This document shows, piece after piece, positions 32,489 through 42,643 of a stretch of DNA of 64,000 nucleotides; position 1 is the first letter of the stretch, and each line of letters begins with the position of its first letter. The position numbers were made by a program, and so were the translations under genes. The notes below the pieces were generated by a model, which ran no database searches, was not told where the DNA came from, and was given only the letters and a program-made list of their open reading frames with translations. The stretch lies in NCBI GenBank assembly GCA_042408195.1, contig JBHOQL010000072.1, positions 24,032-88,031 of the forward strand. Reading direction: 5' to 3'. The DNA is from Anaerolineae bacterium (lineage in GTDB: Bacteria; Chloroflexota; Anaerolineae; SpSt-600).

Positions 32489-33667
32489 TTATTGAGGTTC
32501 CTCTTCCAGCACCACCCTGACCGTGAGGGTTTTCCCATCCCTCACGATGATCAGTTCCACCGTTTGCCCAACCTTTGTGTTGTCCTCGATATAAGCGTTG
32601 AGGTCATCAGTACCCTTTATGGGCGTGCCATCAATTGCGGTTATTATGTCTCCGCCTATTAGGATGACCCTGTTGCCTATGACGACTTGCCCCGTGGCGC
32701 CCATTATACCTGCTTTGTGGGCAGGGCTGTTCCGGTAAACACGGGCTACCAGAACCCCTTGCTCCACCGGCAGGTTCAGCCGATAGGCCAGGGCTGGTGT
32801 TACTGTGTAACCGATAATCCCGAGCCACGGGTGACGGTACCGGCCATAAGCTATGAGCTCGGGCACGACTCTCTTGAGGACATCGACTGGTATGGCGAAT
32901 CCAACCCCGGCATAGGCTCGGCTGGGGGAAACTATGGCTGTGTTAACCCCTATCACCCTGCCCTTGGAGTCCAACAGCGGACCACCGGAATTCCCAGGGT
33001 TGATGGCCGCATCTGTTTGGATCAAATTCCTTATTATCCGCCCATCTTCCAGCTCCAGGGTCCGGTTCAAGGCACTGATCACTCCCACCGTAAGGGTTCG
33101 TTCAAATCTACCAAAGGGGTTACCTATAGCTATGGCCCATTGTCCCACTTGGAGGGTGGAAGAATCCCCAAGTTCCACCGGGACGAGCTTATCGGGAGGG
33201 ACGTTAACTTTGAGGACAGCCAAGTCATTTGGCGGATCAACTCCCACTACCTCCGCCAGGACCGAAAAATCCTCTCCGAAGCTCACTTCAATGGATTGAG
33301 CGCCTTCAATAACGTGATAATTGGTTATTATGTGCCCTTCTTTGTCGTAAACGAAGCCTGAGCCAGCTCCTTCTTCCGGGTAAACTCCAAAGAAGAAATC
33401 CCACTGAAGGACTTGAGTTGTGATATTTACAACAGAAGGCGCAGCTTTTCTGTAAACGTTGATGATAATCTGCTCACCGGGCTCCAGTTCCTCTTGGTTT
33501 GCCAGTGCGAGCGGGGGAGTTGGGGTCGGGACCGGTGTTGGAGTAACGGTGGGTGTGGGAGGATACCCCATCGTTTCCCTCACACCCACAAAGGCAGTAG
33601 CCACAGTGCACCCCGCTGATGCGAGCGTCAATATCGGGATGAGATAGAGGAGTAACTTCTTTATCAT
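32489..33667 (-). CDS. HtrA/DegP-like serine protease with PDZ domain
   Basis: GSGF, TNYHV, DLAV, TDAAINPGNSGGPL, C-terminal PDZ. Confidence 0.95.
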   Translation of the reverse strand: MIKKLLLYLIPILTLASAGCTVATAFVGVRETMGYPPTPTVTPTPVPTPTPPLALANQEELEPGEQIIINVYRKAAPSVVNITTQVLQWDFFFGVYPEEGAGSGFVYDKEGHIITNYHVIEGAQSIEVSFGEDFSVLAEVVGVDPPNDLAVLKVNVPPDKLVPVELGDSSTLQVGQWAIAIGNPFGRFERTLTVGVISALNRTLELEDGRIIRNLIQTDAAINPGNSGGPLLDSKGRVIGVNTAIVSPSRAYAGVGFAIPVDVLKRVVPELIAYGRYRHPWLGIIGYTVTPALAYRLNLPVEQGVLVARVYRNSPAHKAGIMGATGQVVIGNRVILIGGDIITAIDGTPIKGTDDLNAYIEDNTKVGQTVELIIVRDGKTLTVRVVLEEEPQ

Positions 33668-34887
33668 CGCTGTTCCTCCAGTGAGGCTGGCCTTTTGCCC
33701 AGTATCACCCTTACTTTCAGCTGTTCTCCGTCTCTTACAACGGTTAGGGTAACTTCCTGGCCCACTTTCGTGTTGTAGATTAGGTAAGTCAATAGGTCAT
33801 CAAACTTGCGGATTTCCTGCCCGTTAATCCCCACGATTATATCGCCACCAATCGTTATCTCTAGGCCCATAAATTGGACTTCCTTTGTCCCACCTTTGAT
33901 GCCAGCTTTGGAGGCAGGGCTGTTCTTGACCACCCGGATGACTAAGGCCCCGTGATCCACCGGCAGGTCAAACTCTTTAGCCAAAGCTCTGGTGACAGTG
34001 GTGCCTTCGATTCCGAGCCAGGGATAATCATAGGAGCCTTTATCTATCAGGACTGGGATGATTTTCCGGGCGAGATTTATTGGGACGGCAAAGCCTATCC
34101 CAGCATTTATGCCCACTGGGGATTCTATAGCCGTGTTTATACCTATAACTTGGCCAGCGGAGTTAAGCAGCGGCCCTCCCGAGTTTCCGGGGTTGATGGC
34201 TGCGTCCGTCTGGATGACCTCTGGGATGGAGAAGGGGGTAGCAGCTGATTGCAGGGTCCTTCCTACGGCGCTTATTATCCCCACGGTCATCGTGCCCGCC
34301 AGGCCGAAGGGGTTGCCGATGGCAATCGCCCTCTGCCCAACTTTAACCTGAGAGGAATCCCCCAATTCTACTGGGTGGACACCCTCCGGCAATTCATCCA
34401 CTTTAAGCACTGCCAGATCACTGTGGGGGTCCGTCCCCACTACCTCAGCCCTGGCTGAGTCGCCATTGTAAAAGATGACTTCAACCTCATCGGCATCAGA
34501 GACAACGTGGTAGTTGGTCACGATATGGCCCTTTTCATCCCAGACGAATCCGGAACCTCTCCCTTCTGAAGGGACTTCAGGGTGACCGAAGGGCAACTGG
34601 GGAAACAGCCCTTTTTTCACGACTCTTATGGACACTACTGAAGGGTTAACCCGCTCGTAAATGCTCACTAAGAGGGCCTCTTCCTCCTCGTCTAGCAACT
34701 CACCGGTGACGATCACTTCTCTAGGGGATTGAGGGGTTGGTGTTGGAGTGGGTTTGACCACAGTGGTTTCCGCTTTCGGTGTTGGATGCTCTTGGGCCCA
34801 CGGCACTCGGTCGGGGTTGAATTCGAGTTTGCAGGCTGCGACGATCAACAGAAGTACAAGGCTGATTACCACCGATTTGCGACGCAT
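33664..34887 (-). CDS. HtrA/DegP-like serine protease with PDZ domain (lipoprotein-like)
   Basis: IVAAC, GSGF, TNYHV, DLAV, TDAAINPGNSGGPL, PDZ. Confidence 0.95.
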   Translation of the reverse strand: MRRKSVVISLVLLLIVAACKLEFNPDRVPWAQEHPTPKAETTVVKPTPTPTPQSPREVIVTGELLDEEEEALLVSIYERVNPSVVSIRVVKKGLFPQLPFGHPEVPSEGRGSGFVWDEKGHIVTNYHVVSDADEVEVIFYNGDSARAEVVGTDPHSDLAVLKVDELPEGVHPVELGDSSQVKVGQRAIAIGNPFGLAGTMTVGIISAVGRTLQSAATPFSIPEVIQTDAAINPGNSGGPLLNSAGQVIGINTAIESPVGINAGIGFAVPINLARKIIPVLIDKGSYDYPWLGIEGTTVTRALAKEFDLPVDHGALVIRVVKNSPASKAGIKGGTKEVQFMGLEITIGGDIIVGINGQEIRKFDDLLTYLIYNTKVGQEVTLTVVRDGEQLKVRVILGKRPASLEEQR

Positions 34888-34961
34888 TCTAACCTCCCAA
34901 TCTTCGTAATTTTCGCCAATTTTATGCCAGAATCTTGTGAAGAAGTTGTAAAGGGAAATTT

Positions 34962-37703
34962 TCAGACGCTCAGTGGCTCTAACTCGCCCCAGTTCTTTCC
35001 TATCTCCAGTTCCGCTTTCAATGGCGCTTTAAGTTCATAAGCCCCTTCCATTATCTCCTTGACCACGGGGGCAACGGTGGAGAGTTCTTCCTCAGGGACT
35101 TCCAGCACCAGTTCGTCATGGACCTGGAGGACAAGGCGGGAGCGGAGTCTCTGCTCTTTTAGGACTCGGTGAAGGCGCACCATCGCTATCTTTATGATGT
35201 CGGCAGCGCTGCCTTGGATGGGAGCGTTTATCGCCATGCGCTCGGCAGCAGCTTTAACTGTGTGGTGGGCTTTGCTGTCAGGGGCGAGCTCAGGGAAATA
35301 GCGGCGGCGGCCCAGGAGGGTTTCCACGTAACCGTCTCGCTGGGCTTTGGCTTTGGTGTTCTCGATGTAAGTTTTGACCTTTGGATAACGGGCGAAGTAG
35401 CTCTGGATAAACTTGTGGGCCTCTTCGGGAGTAAGTCCTGTTTCCTCAGCCAAACCGTAAGCACTCATCCCATAGCTTATGCCAAAGTTCACAGTTTTAG
35501 CCAGCCGGCGCATTTCAGGAGTTACTTGGTCTATCGGCACCCCAAGGATAGCCGAGGCTGTGCTGGCGTGGATGTCTTCACCCCTGTGGAAAGCGGCGAT
35601 TAGTCCTTCGTCACCGCTTATGTGGGCCAAAATTCTCAGTTCCACTTGGGAGTAATCAGCCGAGAGGAGCAGCCAGCCCTCTTCGGCTATGAAAGCCTTG
35701 CGTACCGCTTTCCCTATGTCAGTCCGGGTTGGGATGTTCTGGAGGTTGGGATCGCTTGAAGAAAGCCTCCCGGTTACGGTTCCAGTCTGATTGTAGGAAG
35801 TGTGGACTCTGCCTGTGAGTTTGTTGACCATCCCGGGGAGAGCATCCACGTAAGTGGATTTAATTTTGGCGAGGTGGCGGTGCTCAAGGAGCAATTCTAT
35901 GACCGGATGGCGCCCCCTGAGTTTTTCCAGGACATCAGCCGAGGTGGAATAGTGGCCGGACTTGGTCTTTGGGACACCCTGGGCCGATATCGCGAGCTTC
36001 CCGAAAAGGGCATCGGAGAGTTGCTCTGGGGAGTTGACATTGAAGCGGTAGCCCACGAGCTTGTAGATTTCTTCTTCCAGAGCCTGGAGTTTCTGGCCAA
36101 GCTCCAAGGACATTTCCCGGAGGAAGGGGATGTCCAGTTTGACCCCAGTCATTTCCATGTCCATGAGCACAGGGATAAGGGGTAGTTCCACCTCGTAGAA
36201 GAGCTTGGTCAGGCCCAGTTCCCGCAGCTTCTGGTCCAACACTCCCACCAGGCGGTAGGTCATATCAGCATCAGCGGCAGCGTAAGGAGCAACTTTGGAG
36301 ATAGGCAGGAGGTCCATGCTGGTCTGGTTTTTCCCTCTGCCTATGAGTTCATCAATGGTGAGCATTTCGACGCCGAGGAAGGACCAAGCCAGGTCTTTGA
36401 GGCTCAGGTTGCGGCCTGCGGGGTTCACAAGCCAGCCTGCTACCATAGTGTCAAAAGTAAGGCCCTGGACATTTACCCCATTCCTCGCCAGTATGATCAT
36501 GTCGTATTTGGCATGGTGGGCATATTTGGCTATTGTTTCATCTTCCAGGATATAGGCAAGTTTTTCCCTCACCAGTTCCCAGGGGAGCTGCTGGCCTTCC
36601 AGGTGTCCAATGGGAATGTAATACCCCTCCCCTTCCTTAAAGGCGAGGGATATTCCCACGAGTTTAGCCCTCATTGGGTCTATGTCGGTGGTTTCCACGT
36701 CAAAGGCTAGTCCTTTAACCCAGGATAATTTTTCCATTAGGAGGTTGAGGGTTTCTTCGTCCCGAACGACGATGTAATTTCCAGGTTCAGTCCTATGGCG
36801 GATTTCTACCCGGCCTATGAGGGGTAACTGACGGACTCCAACCTCTTCAGGCAGGCGCTTGTAGAGGGAGCGGAATTCAAGTTCGCGGAAGAGTTCCTTG
36901 ACCTTTTCCTCGTCGTATCCGCAATAGCGTAGGTCCTCCAGGGTTATATCCAAGGGGATGTCAGTACGGATTGTGACCAGGCTTTTGTTGAGGAAGGCTC
37001 TTTCCCTGTTTTCCTCCAGTATCTCCTTCAAACGCAAGGGGGTGATCTCGTGAATATGTTGGTAAATGCCCTCAATGCTACCATATTTGCGGAGGAGCCT
37101 GACAGCAGTGGCCTCGCCCACGCCAGGTATGCCGGGGATATTATCGGTCTTATCGCCAACTAAAGCTTTATAGTCGGCCAGTTGATGGGGTTCAAGGCCG
37201 TAGCGCTCTAAGATCTTCTCCCTATCGTAAACGATGGTGTCCGAGAAGCGCCGGCCTGAGGTTAAGACCCGCACTTTCGGGCTTATGAGCTGAAAGGCGT
37301 CCGTATCGCCTGTGACGATGAGGGTCTCTACTCCTTCTTCAGAGGCTATGCGGGCCAGGGTGCCGAGGATATCATCGGCCTCATATCCCTCTATAGCTAT
37401 GGATTTTATCCCCAGGGCTTCCACTACCTGGAAGATGCGTCGAATCTGAACAGCCAGATCTTCGCCCATCTTGGCCCTTGTGGCCTTGTATTCGCCAAAG
37501 GATTCGTGGCGAAAGCTCCGGCCAGCATCAAAAGCTACAGCTATGTAATCGGGTTTTTCGTCTCTTATAACATTGAGGAGCATGGAGGTGAAGCCGTAGA
37601 CGGCGTTGGTCGGCTCGCCCTTTGAAGTGCTCATTTCCAGGGGCAAAGCGTGGTACGCCCTATAGGCAAGCGCATGCCCATCCACAATTACCAGCTTCTT
37701 CAT
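34962..37703 (-). CDS. polA: DNA polymerase I
   Basis: 5' nuclease (VDG..YRAY, EADD), 3'-5' exonuclease (FDVET), ADYSQVELR, KTVNFGISYG, QVHDEL. Confidence 0.98.
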   Translation of the reverse strand: MKKLVIVDGHALAYRAYHALPLEMSTSKGEPTNAVYGFTSMLLNVIRDEKPDYIAVAFDAGRSFRHESFGEYKATRAKMGEDLAVQIRRIFQVVEALGIKSIAIEGYEADDILGTLARIASEEGVETLIVTGDTDAFQLISPKVRVLTSGRRFSDTIVYDREKILERYGLEPHQLADYKALVGDKTDNIPGIPGVGEATAVRLLRKYGSIEGIYQHIHEITPLRLKEILEENRERAFLNKSLVTIRTDIPLDITLEDLRYCGYDEEKVKELFRELEFRSLYKRLPEEVGVRQLPLIGRVEIRHRTEPGNYIVVRDEETLNLLMEKLSWVKGLAFDVETTDIDPMRAKLVGISLAFKEGEGYYIPIGHLEGQQLPWELVREKLAYILEDETIAKYAHHAKYDMIILARNGVNVQGLTFDTMVAGWLVNPAGRNLSLKDLAWSFLGVEMLTIDELIGRGKNQTSMDLLPISKVAPYAAADADMTYRLVGVLDQKLRELGLTKLFYEVELPLIPVLMDMEMTGVKLDIPFLREMSLELGQKLQALEEEIYKLVGYRFNVNSPEQLSDALFGKLAISAQGVPKTKSGHYSTSADVLEKLRGRHPVIELLLEHRHLAKIKSTYVDALPGMVNKLTGRVHTSYNQTGTVTGRLSSSDPNLQNIPTRTDIGKAVRKAFIAEEGWLLLSADYSQVELRILAHISGDEGLIAAFHRGEDIHASTASAILGVPIDQVTPEMRRLAKTVNFGISYGMSAYGLAEETGLTPEEAHKFIQSYFARYPKVKTYIENTKAKAQRDGYVETLLGRRRYFPELAPDSKAHHTVKAAAERMAINAPIQGSAADIIKIAMVRLHRVLKEQRLRSRLVLQVHDELVLEVPEEELSTVAPVVKEIMEGAYELKAPLKAELEIGKNWGELEPLSV

Positions 37704-38413
37704 CTCGCAACTACCTCCCTCCTCTTCACCGCCAGCCTTATCAATCCCAAGGGCACTTCACGAGAAAAGGCTGCAACCAGGACGTTTCCATCGCTGAATT
37801 TCAGCCCATAAACGAACTTTTTTTCGCTCCGGTAGTAAATCTCTGCCGGAGAGGCAGGCTGGTAAGGGTTCTCCTCCAACGTCGCAGCAACCCACCGGAA
37901 AAGTTTTGCAGCTTCTTCGGCACTTCCCCCCGTCCAGAACCGGGCCACCACATCGCCGAAGACCAAAAGGTCAGGGGAAAGCTCCTTCTGGACTTCGCCA
38001 AGCCACTGGGGGATTTCCTTTGCTGGAGGAGGAGCTACTGGCGTAGGAATTGTCTCTTCTTTTTGCGAAAAAGCTCTTTCCAGGATCTCCGGCAATTCGC
38101 CTACGAAGAAAGGTTTTGGTATTGTGCCTTCTACTTTGATGCCATCGGGGAGCGGGGAATCGCCCATGGGTATCGCCAGGATTTTGAGATGAGGCTTGAC
38201 CTCCCGAAGTGCCTGGATCAGGCCTTCAGGTTTTAAGTCTTTGAGGCCCATGTCTACTATGACCAACCGGAGCTGCTCTTCCACTGCCCTGGTCAGTGCT
38301 TCCTCTCCGCTGACGGCGATCTGGGCTTCGTAGTCTCCGAGGGATTCCAGGGCTTCCTTGAGGATGGTGGCAAAGGCCAAATCGTGGTCTACAATTAAGA
38401 CTTTTTTCTTCAT
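37700..38413 (-). CDS. Response-regulator receiver protein with probable C-terminal Roadblock/LC7-like domain
   Basis: KKVLIVD, VIVDMGL, PKPF; C-terminal VLVAAFSREVPLGLIRL; GGAGG RBS before ATG 38413. Confidence 0.75.
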   Translation of the reverse strand: MKKKVLIVDHDLAFATILKEALESLGDYEAQIAVSGEEALTRAVEEQLRLVIVDMGLKDLKPEGLIQALREVKPHLKILAIPMGDSPLPDGIKVEGTIPKPFFVGELPEILERAFSQKEETIPTPVAPPPAKEIPQWLGEVQKELSPDLLVFGDVVARFWTGGSAEEAAKLFRWVAATLEENPYQPASPAEIYYRSEKKFVYGLKFSDGNVLVAAFSREVPLGLIRLAVKRREVVAR

Positions 38414-38453
38414 TTCCTTGCCTCCTTGAAAAATTCTATCACTTGCCAAGTCA

Positions 38454-38482
38454 TTGCGCAACTGCTTCGGCTTTGTTATAAT
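38454..38482 (+). promoter_or_regulatory. sigma70-type promoter of the thiolase gene
   Basis: TTGCGC, 17 bp, TATAAT with TG extension. Confidence 0.6.
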
Positions 38483-38517
38483 TGCAGCTGCCAAAGACCC
38501 CCTTTAAGGAGGCTAAC

Positions 38518-39711
38518 ATGGCAAAGGAAGTGGTCATCGTAAGTGGTTGCAGGACCCCAATTGGCCGCTTTATGGGTTCTCTATCAGCGATTCCAGCCCC
38601 GAAGCTTGGTGCCGTGGTTATAAAAGAGGCGGTGAAGCGCGCCGGAGTAGATCCTTCCATGATCGATGAGGTCATAATGGGCAACGTGGTTTCGGCGGGT
38701 GTAGGGCAGGCTCCGGCTCGCCAGGCAGCCATCTTCGCCGGCTTACCGCCGTCAGTTGGAGCTGTTACGGTGAACAAGGTCTGCGGCTCGGGCCTAAAAG
38801 CCGTGATGCTGGCAGCTTCTATGATCAAAGCGGGGGAGGGTGAAATCTATGTGGCCGGGGGTATGGAGAACATGAGCTTGGGACCTTACCTTCTTTTGAA
38901 AGCTCGCCAGGGTTACCGCCTAGGGCACGATAAGCTCCTGGATGCCACTGTTCACGATGGGCTCTGGTGCGCTTTTGAGGACCAACACATGGGTAACGCA
39001 GCGGAATTCATCGCTGAGCAGTTTGGGATAACAAGAGAAGAACTGGATCGCTACGCTTATGAAAGCCACATGAAGGCCATTGCAGCTATAGATGCGGGCA
39101 AATTTAAGGAAGAGATTGTGCCGGTGGAAGTACCTCAGCCCAAAGGCCCGCCCCTTATCTTTGACATTGACGAAAACCCGCGGCGAGATACTTCGTTGGA
39201 AAAGCTATCCCAGCTGAAGCCGGCCTTCAAGCCTGATGGCATTGTTACGGCTGGCAATTCGCCAGGCATAACCGATGGTGCAGCGGCAGTAGTAGTTATG
39301 AGCCAGGAGAAGGCCGATGAGCTCGGGATAAAGCCTATGGCCAGGATAGTGGATTACACTTATGCTGCTGTGGAACCCAAATGGCTCTTCATAGCTCCCG
39401 TGCACGCCATCCGCAGGCTTCTCAAAAAGACTGGCACTACCCTGGCCGATTATGACCTCATCGAACTCAACGAAGCCTTTGCTGCCCAGGTCCTGGCTGA
39501 TGGCAAAGCTCTGGCCGAGGACGGCTGGGACTGGTCAAAAGTCAACGTCAACGGAGGAGCAATAGCTCTTGGCCACCCGATAGGGGCCAGTGGAGCCCGT
39601 TGTCTTGTTACCCTCCTCTACGCTCTGAAGGACCGTGGTCTCAAAAGAGGTCTTGTTTCCCTTTGTCTCGGTGGAGGAGAAGCGGTGGCTATGGCTGTGG
39701 AAATGATGTAA
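38518..39711 (+). CDS. Acetyl-CoA C-acetyltransferase (thiolase)
   Basis: [25 protein letters not shown]. Confidence 0.96.
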   Translation: MAKEVVIVSGCRTPIGRFMGSLSAIPAPKLGAVVIKEAVKRAGVDPSMIDEVIMGNVVSAGVGQAPARQAAIFAGLPPSVGAVTVNKVCGSGLKAVMLAASMIKAGEGEIYVAGGMENMSLGPYLLLKARQGYRLGHDKLLDATVHDGLWCAFEDQHMGNAAEFIAEQFGITREELDRYAYESHMKAIAAIDAGKFKEEIVPVEVPQPKGPPLIFDIDENPRRDTSLEKLSQLKPAFKPDGIVTAGNSPGITDGAAAVVVMSQEKADELGIKPMARIVDYTYAAVEPKWLFIAPVHAIRRLLKKTGTTLADYDLIELNEAFAAQVLADGKALAEDGWDWSKVNVNGGAIALGHPIGASGARCLVTLLYALKDRGLKRGLVSLCLGGGEAVAMAVEMM

Positions 39712-39739
39712 CCCCTCACCATCTGCCTTTTGAATTAGT

Positions 39740-40139
39740 CCTTGAGCCAGGGCAACTCTAAGGCCCACGAGAGTGGGCAAAAAGGAGATAGAGGACAAAC
39801 TCTTGCTCCCGTCTACGAGTTGGACTTTAGACCAGGGCAGAGCCGAAGTCCACCGGGGCAGCTAGAGGCTGGTGTGGAGGGGGTTTGCCCCTTCTTGAGG
39901 GATTGAATGGCATCCCCCCAGAATAACGAAAAGAGTGGGCGAGGGTTAAGCTCTTCTAGCTACCCACAAGGCCTTGAACCGTGGTAACTCTAAAGCCCAT
40001 GAGGGGAGGCAAAAACTGGGGCCTACCCGGGAGTTGGGAGTATGTCCCCAAAAAAGGCGAGAGAGGGTCAAGGGACAAGCTCCCGCCCCTGCCTGTGGAT
40101 GGGGCCTTTGGCCAGAACAAACCCGAAGCCCCTGGGAGC
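39740..40139 (+). repeat. Two tandem degenerate copies of a non-coding A-linker-B element
   Basis: 39740-39783 vs 39972-40015: 35/44 identical, ungapped; 39793-39859 vs 40073-40139: 43/67 identical, ungapped, mostly transitions (hand-counted). Confidence 0.8.
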
Positions 40140-40243
40140 GGGACTGTTTGGCCTGCTGCACTGGGTTGGTACAGAAGTCTGCCCCCTACAGCGGGCTTTG
40201 AAGCCGATGGATACAAACAAGGTGTAAGGACGCCGGGGTAGTC

Positions 40244-41584
40244 ATGATTCGCACGCTTGTTACAATAGTGATTGTTTTACACCTTTTGTCCCCAATTCTG
40301 CCTCCTTCGCAGGCCTGGGGAGTGGCTTTCTTCGCCTATCCCAATCCCATCCCAGGGCTTGTGGCTGGCCTCATATGTCTTGCGCTGCTTATACCTCCCG
40401 TAACCGCGTGGGTCCTCAGGATTCTTGAGCCCCTTTTGCGCCGTATCATGGACTTCTTTCGGGGAAGAAAACTCCTTTTGAGGTTGATTCTGGCAACTGT
40501 TAGCGCTCCAATTTTCTGGTTTTTCCGCATAAGGCATCTCAACTGGGGCGATGCCAAGATCTTTGTGGAAGCAATACCTCACCCTGATTTCCGCCTCACT
40601 TACAACTGGCAGGCGCCTTTGGATGTCTTCATCCATTCTAAGGCTTGGGAGCTCGCCAGCAGACTTTGGGGATGGGATGTGGCTACTGTCTATGGTGTCA
40701 TAAGCGTGCTTTCGGGGGTAGTTTTCCTCCAACTCCTCCTAAGCTTGGCCGAAGAGTTGGGTCGGAATCGTTCCGAAAAGCTTTTCATCTGGGCCTTAGT
40801 AGCCACCGGTGGCTTCATGCAGCTTTTCTTCGGGTACATTGAAAGCTATACTATAATCCCTACAGGCATAATAGCCTACCTATGGCTCGGGACTCGTTTC
40901 CTGAAAGGCTGTCTGAGCTTCTTCTGGCCTGTTTTCATTCTTTCTCTGACCAATGCCTTTCACCCCTCCACCATAACTCTTTGGCCCTCGTCCCTGGCCT
41001 TGGTCAGGGGCCGAGCGTGGAAATACTGGCTTAGGTTTACCCTGGTACCATTAACGGTGGCCCTCATGGTAGTAGCCCTCATGGAATCGGGCAAACACGG
41101 GATAGAGGCTCTCCTCGGTGTGGATTTCCCTGGCGGAGCTGATAGACGTTGGTTCGTGCCACTTTTCCGCACCGAGACGGAGTGGGAACACTACACTATG
41201 TTCTCCTGGGGGCATTTTCTGGACATCGCAAACGAACAACTGCTCGTAGCCCCTTTCGGTTTAATCCTCGTAGCCTTGCTTTGGAGGAATGGGTTTAGGA
41301 GAGTAGAGGAAAAAGAGAGGGAAATTCTGCTCTTCTTGGCCTTAGCTACGGCTTCTTACCTCCTCTTCACCTGGACCTGGAATCCAGATTACGGTGGGCG
41401 CAAAGATTGGGATTTATTTGCCTGTGTGGGTATACCCTTAAATGTTCTGGCTTCGCTGCTGAGCACAAGGGTATGGAATGGGGAAAAACTCAGGGAGAAC
41501 GGTTTTCTCCTGGTGATGAGTTCTTTATTGCACACTGCTTTCTGGATTAATTACAACGCTCACTGGCATCCGCCGCTTTCATGA
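40244..41584 (+). CDS. Polytopic membrane protein, possibly GT-C fold glycosyltransferase-like
   Basis: About 11-12 hydrophobic segments; WGD, FFGYIESY and DWDLFA conserved-looking motifs; function not recognised. Confidence 0.7.
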   Translation: MIRTLVTIVIVLHLLSPILPPSQAWGVAFFAYPNPIPGLVAGLICLALLIPPVTAWVLRILEPLLRRIMDFFRGRKLLLRLILATVSAPIFWFFRIRHLNWGDAKIFVEAIPHPDFRLTYNWQAPLDVFIHSKAWELASRLWGWDVATVYGVISVLSGVVFLQLLLSLAEELGRNRSEKLFIWALVATGGFMQLFFGYIESYTIIPTGIIAYLWLGTRFLKGCLSFFWPVFILSLTNAFHPSTITLWPSSLALVRGRAWKYWLRFTLVPLTVALMVVALMESGKHGIEALLGVDFPGGADRRWFVPLFRTETEWEHYTMFSWGHFLDIANEQLLVAPFGLILVALLWRNGFRRVEEKEREILLFLALATASYLLFTWTWNPDYGGRKDWDLFACVGIPLNVLASLLSTRVWNGEKLRENGFLLVMSSLLHTAFWINYNAHWHPPLS

Positions 41585-41606
41585 ACGAACGAGGCAGTTG
41601 TGTCTT

Positions 41607-41791
41607 CCCTTCACCCCTGTAGGCTTCGGCTTTTGCTTGGCTGATGGTCCCACTCGTGGGTTGTGGCATGGGTGGACAATCCCAGAACCTCCCGGGAGGG
41701 TACTTTGCCCTTTCTATCCCCAGTTCCCCCTCACCCCGTGGGCTCCGGGCTTTGCCTGGCCGGTGGTCCCACCTGCGGTTAAGGGCAAGGG
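41607..41791 (-). repeat. Inverted degenerate copy of the same non-coding element, with two internal sub-repeats about 120 bp apart
   Basis: 41619-41672 vs 41738-41791: 39/54 identical; reverse complement shares ACGAGTKGGAC..AGCCGAAG, AACTGGGG and CCCGGGAG with 39812-40047. Confidence 0.7.
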
Positions 41792-41880
41792 ATGAGAGCT
41801 TGCTTTGCTTGGTCTTCGGGGATGTCTTTCGTTACTTAACGAGGACAGAATTGGCTGGGTTTCTATTTGAGCTCCGGGAA

Positions 41881-41909
41881 TTGACTTCTCCTCCCTCAGC
41901 TGCTATAAT
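41881..41909 (+). promoter_or_regulatory. sigma70-type promoter
   Basis: TTGACT, 17 bp, TATAAT with TG extension. Confidence 0.75.
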
Positions 41910-41938
41910 GGGACAAAACTTAGCTTAAGGAGCCTATC

Positions 41939-42589
41939 GTGGATATAGGAAAAGCTTTCACTTATGTGTTTGAGGATAAAAATTGGCCTGTCAAGTTACT
42001 CATCGGTGGTGTTCTCCTGTTTATCCCTATCGCAAATTTCATCTCTATCGGTTACGCTTTGACGGCCCTCCGAAACGTTGCCGAAGGAAAGGAAGAACCC
42101 CTTCCCGAGTGGGACGATTGGGCCGGCTATTTCACAAAGGGCTTGATGGTCTTCCTAGCTGGCCTCGTATACGCTTTACCTGCTCTTGTACTCTGGGGAT
42201 TTGGCTTGGTTCTGATAGCCATAGCCAAAGGTCGAGAAGGAGCTCTAATGTTTCTCATTGCCTTGTGCGCCGCTCTCGCGGGGTGCCTGACGACCCTCTA
42301 CGGTATAGCCCTGGGCTTGTGGATTCCGGGTGCTATAACCAACTATCTATCAAAAGGTAATTTCGGGGCTTTTTTCAGCTTTGAGGAAATATTCCGCTAC
42401 ATAACCGCTAACGTGGGCAATTACTTCGTGGCTTGGATTCTTTCAATTGTGGCTTTAGTAGTGGCATCCATAGTGGGGGTGATCCTGTGCATCGTTGGGA
42501 TTGTTTTCACTTCATTCTTGGCCTACTTGATCTGGGCACACCTTTTTGGTCAGGTCTGGAGGCTTGCGTCAGAGAAACTGACTTTGTAA
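41939..42589 (+). CDS. DUF4013 domain membrane protein
   Basis: MDIGKAFTYVFEDKNW, GY, LPEWDDW..YFTKG. Confidence 0.85.
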   Translation: MDIGKAFTYVFEDKNWPVKLLIGGVLLFIPIANFISIGYALTALRNVAEGKEEPLPEWDDWAGYFTKGLMVFLAGLVYALPALVLWGFGLVLIAIAKGREGALMFLIALCAALAGCLTTLYGIALGLWIPGAITNYLSKGNFGAFFSFEEIFRYITANVGNYFVAWILSIVALVVASIVGVILCIVGIVFTSFLAYLIWAHLFGQVWRLASEKLTL

Positions 42590-42643
42590 TGCTTTAACCG
42601 GATTGCGAAAAGTTTTGTAGCTCGTATATCTATAAGGTCTACT

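Noticed and set aside
33514-33570. Short tandem GGAGTTGGGG/GGTGTGGG-like repeats here and near 34730, 51660 and 58730
   Set aside because: They encode Pro/Thr-rich linkers of secreted proteins.
39740-40139. CRISPR array, or RNase P/SRP/tmRNA gene
   Set aside because: Units are too degenerate and irregularly spaced, there are no cas genes, and I found no hallmark motifs of those RNAs.
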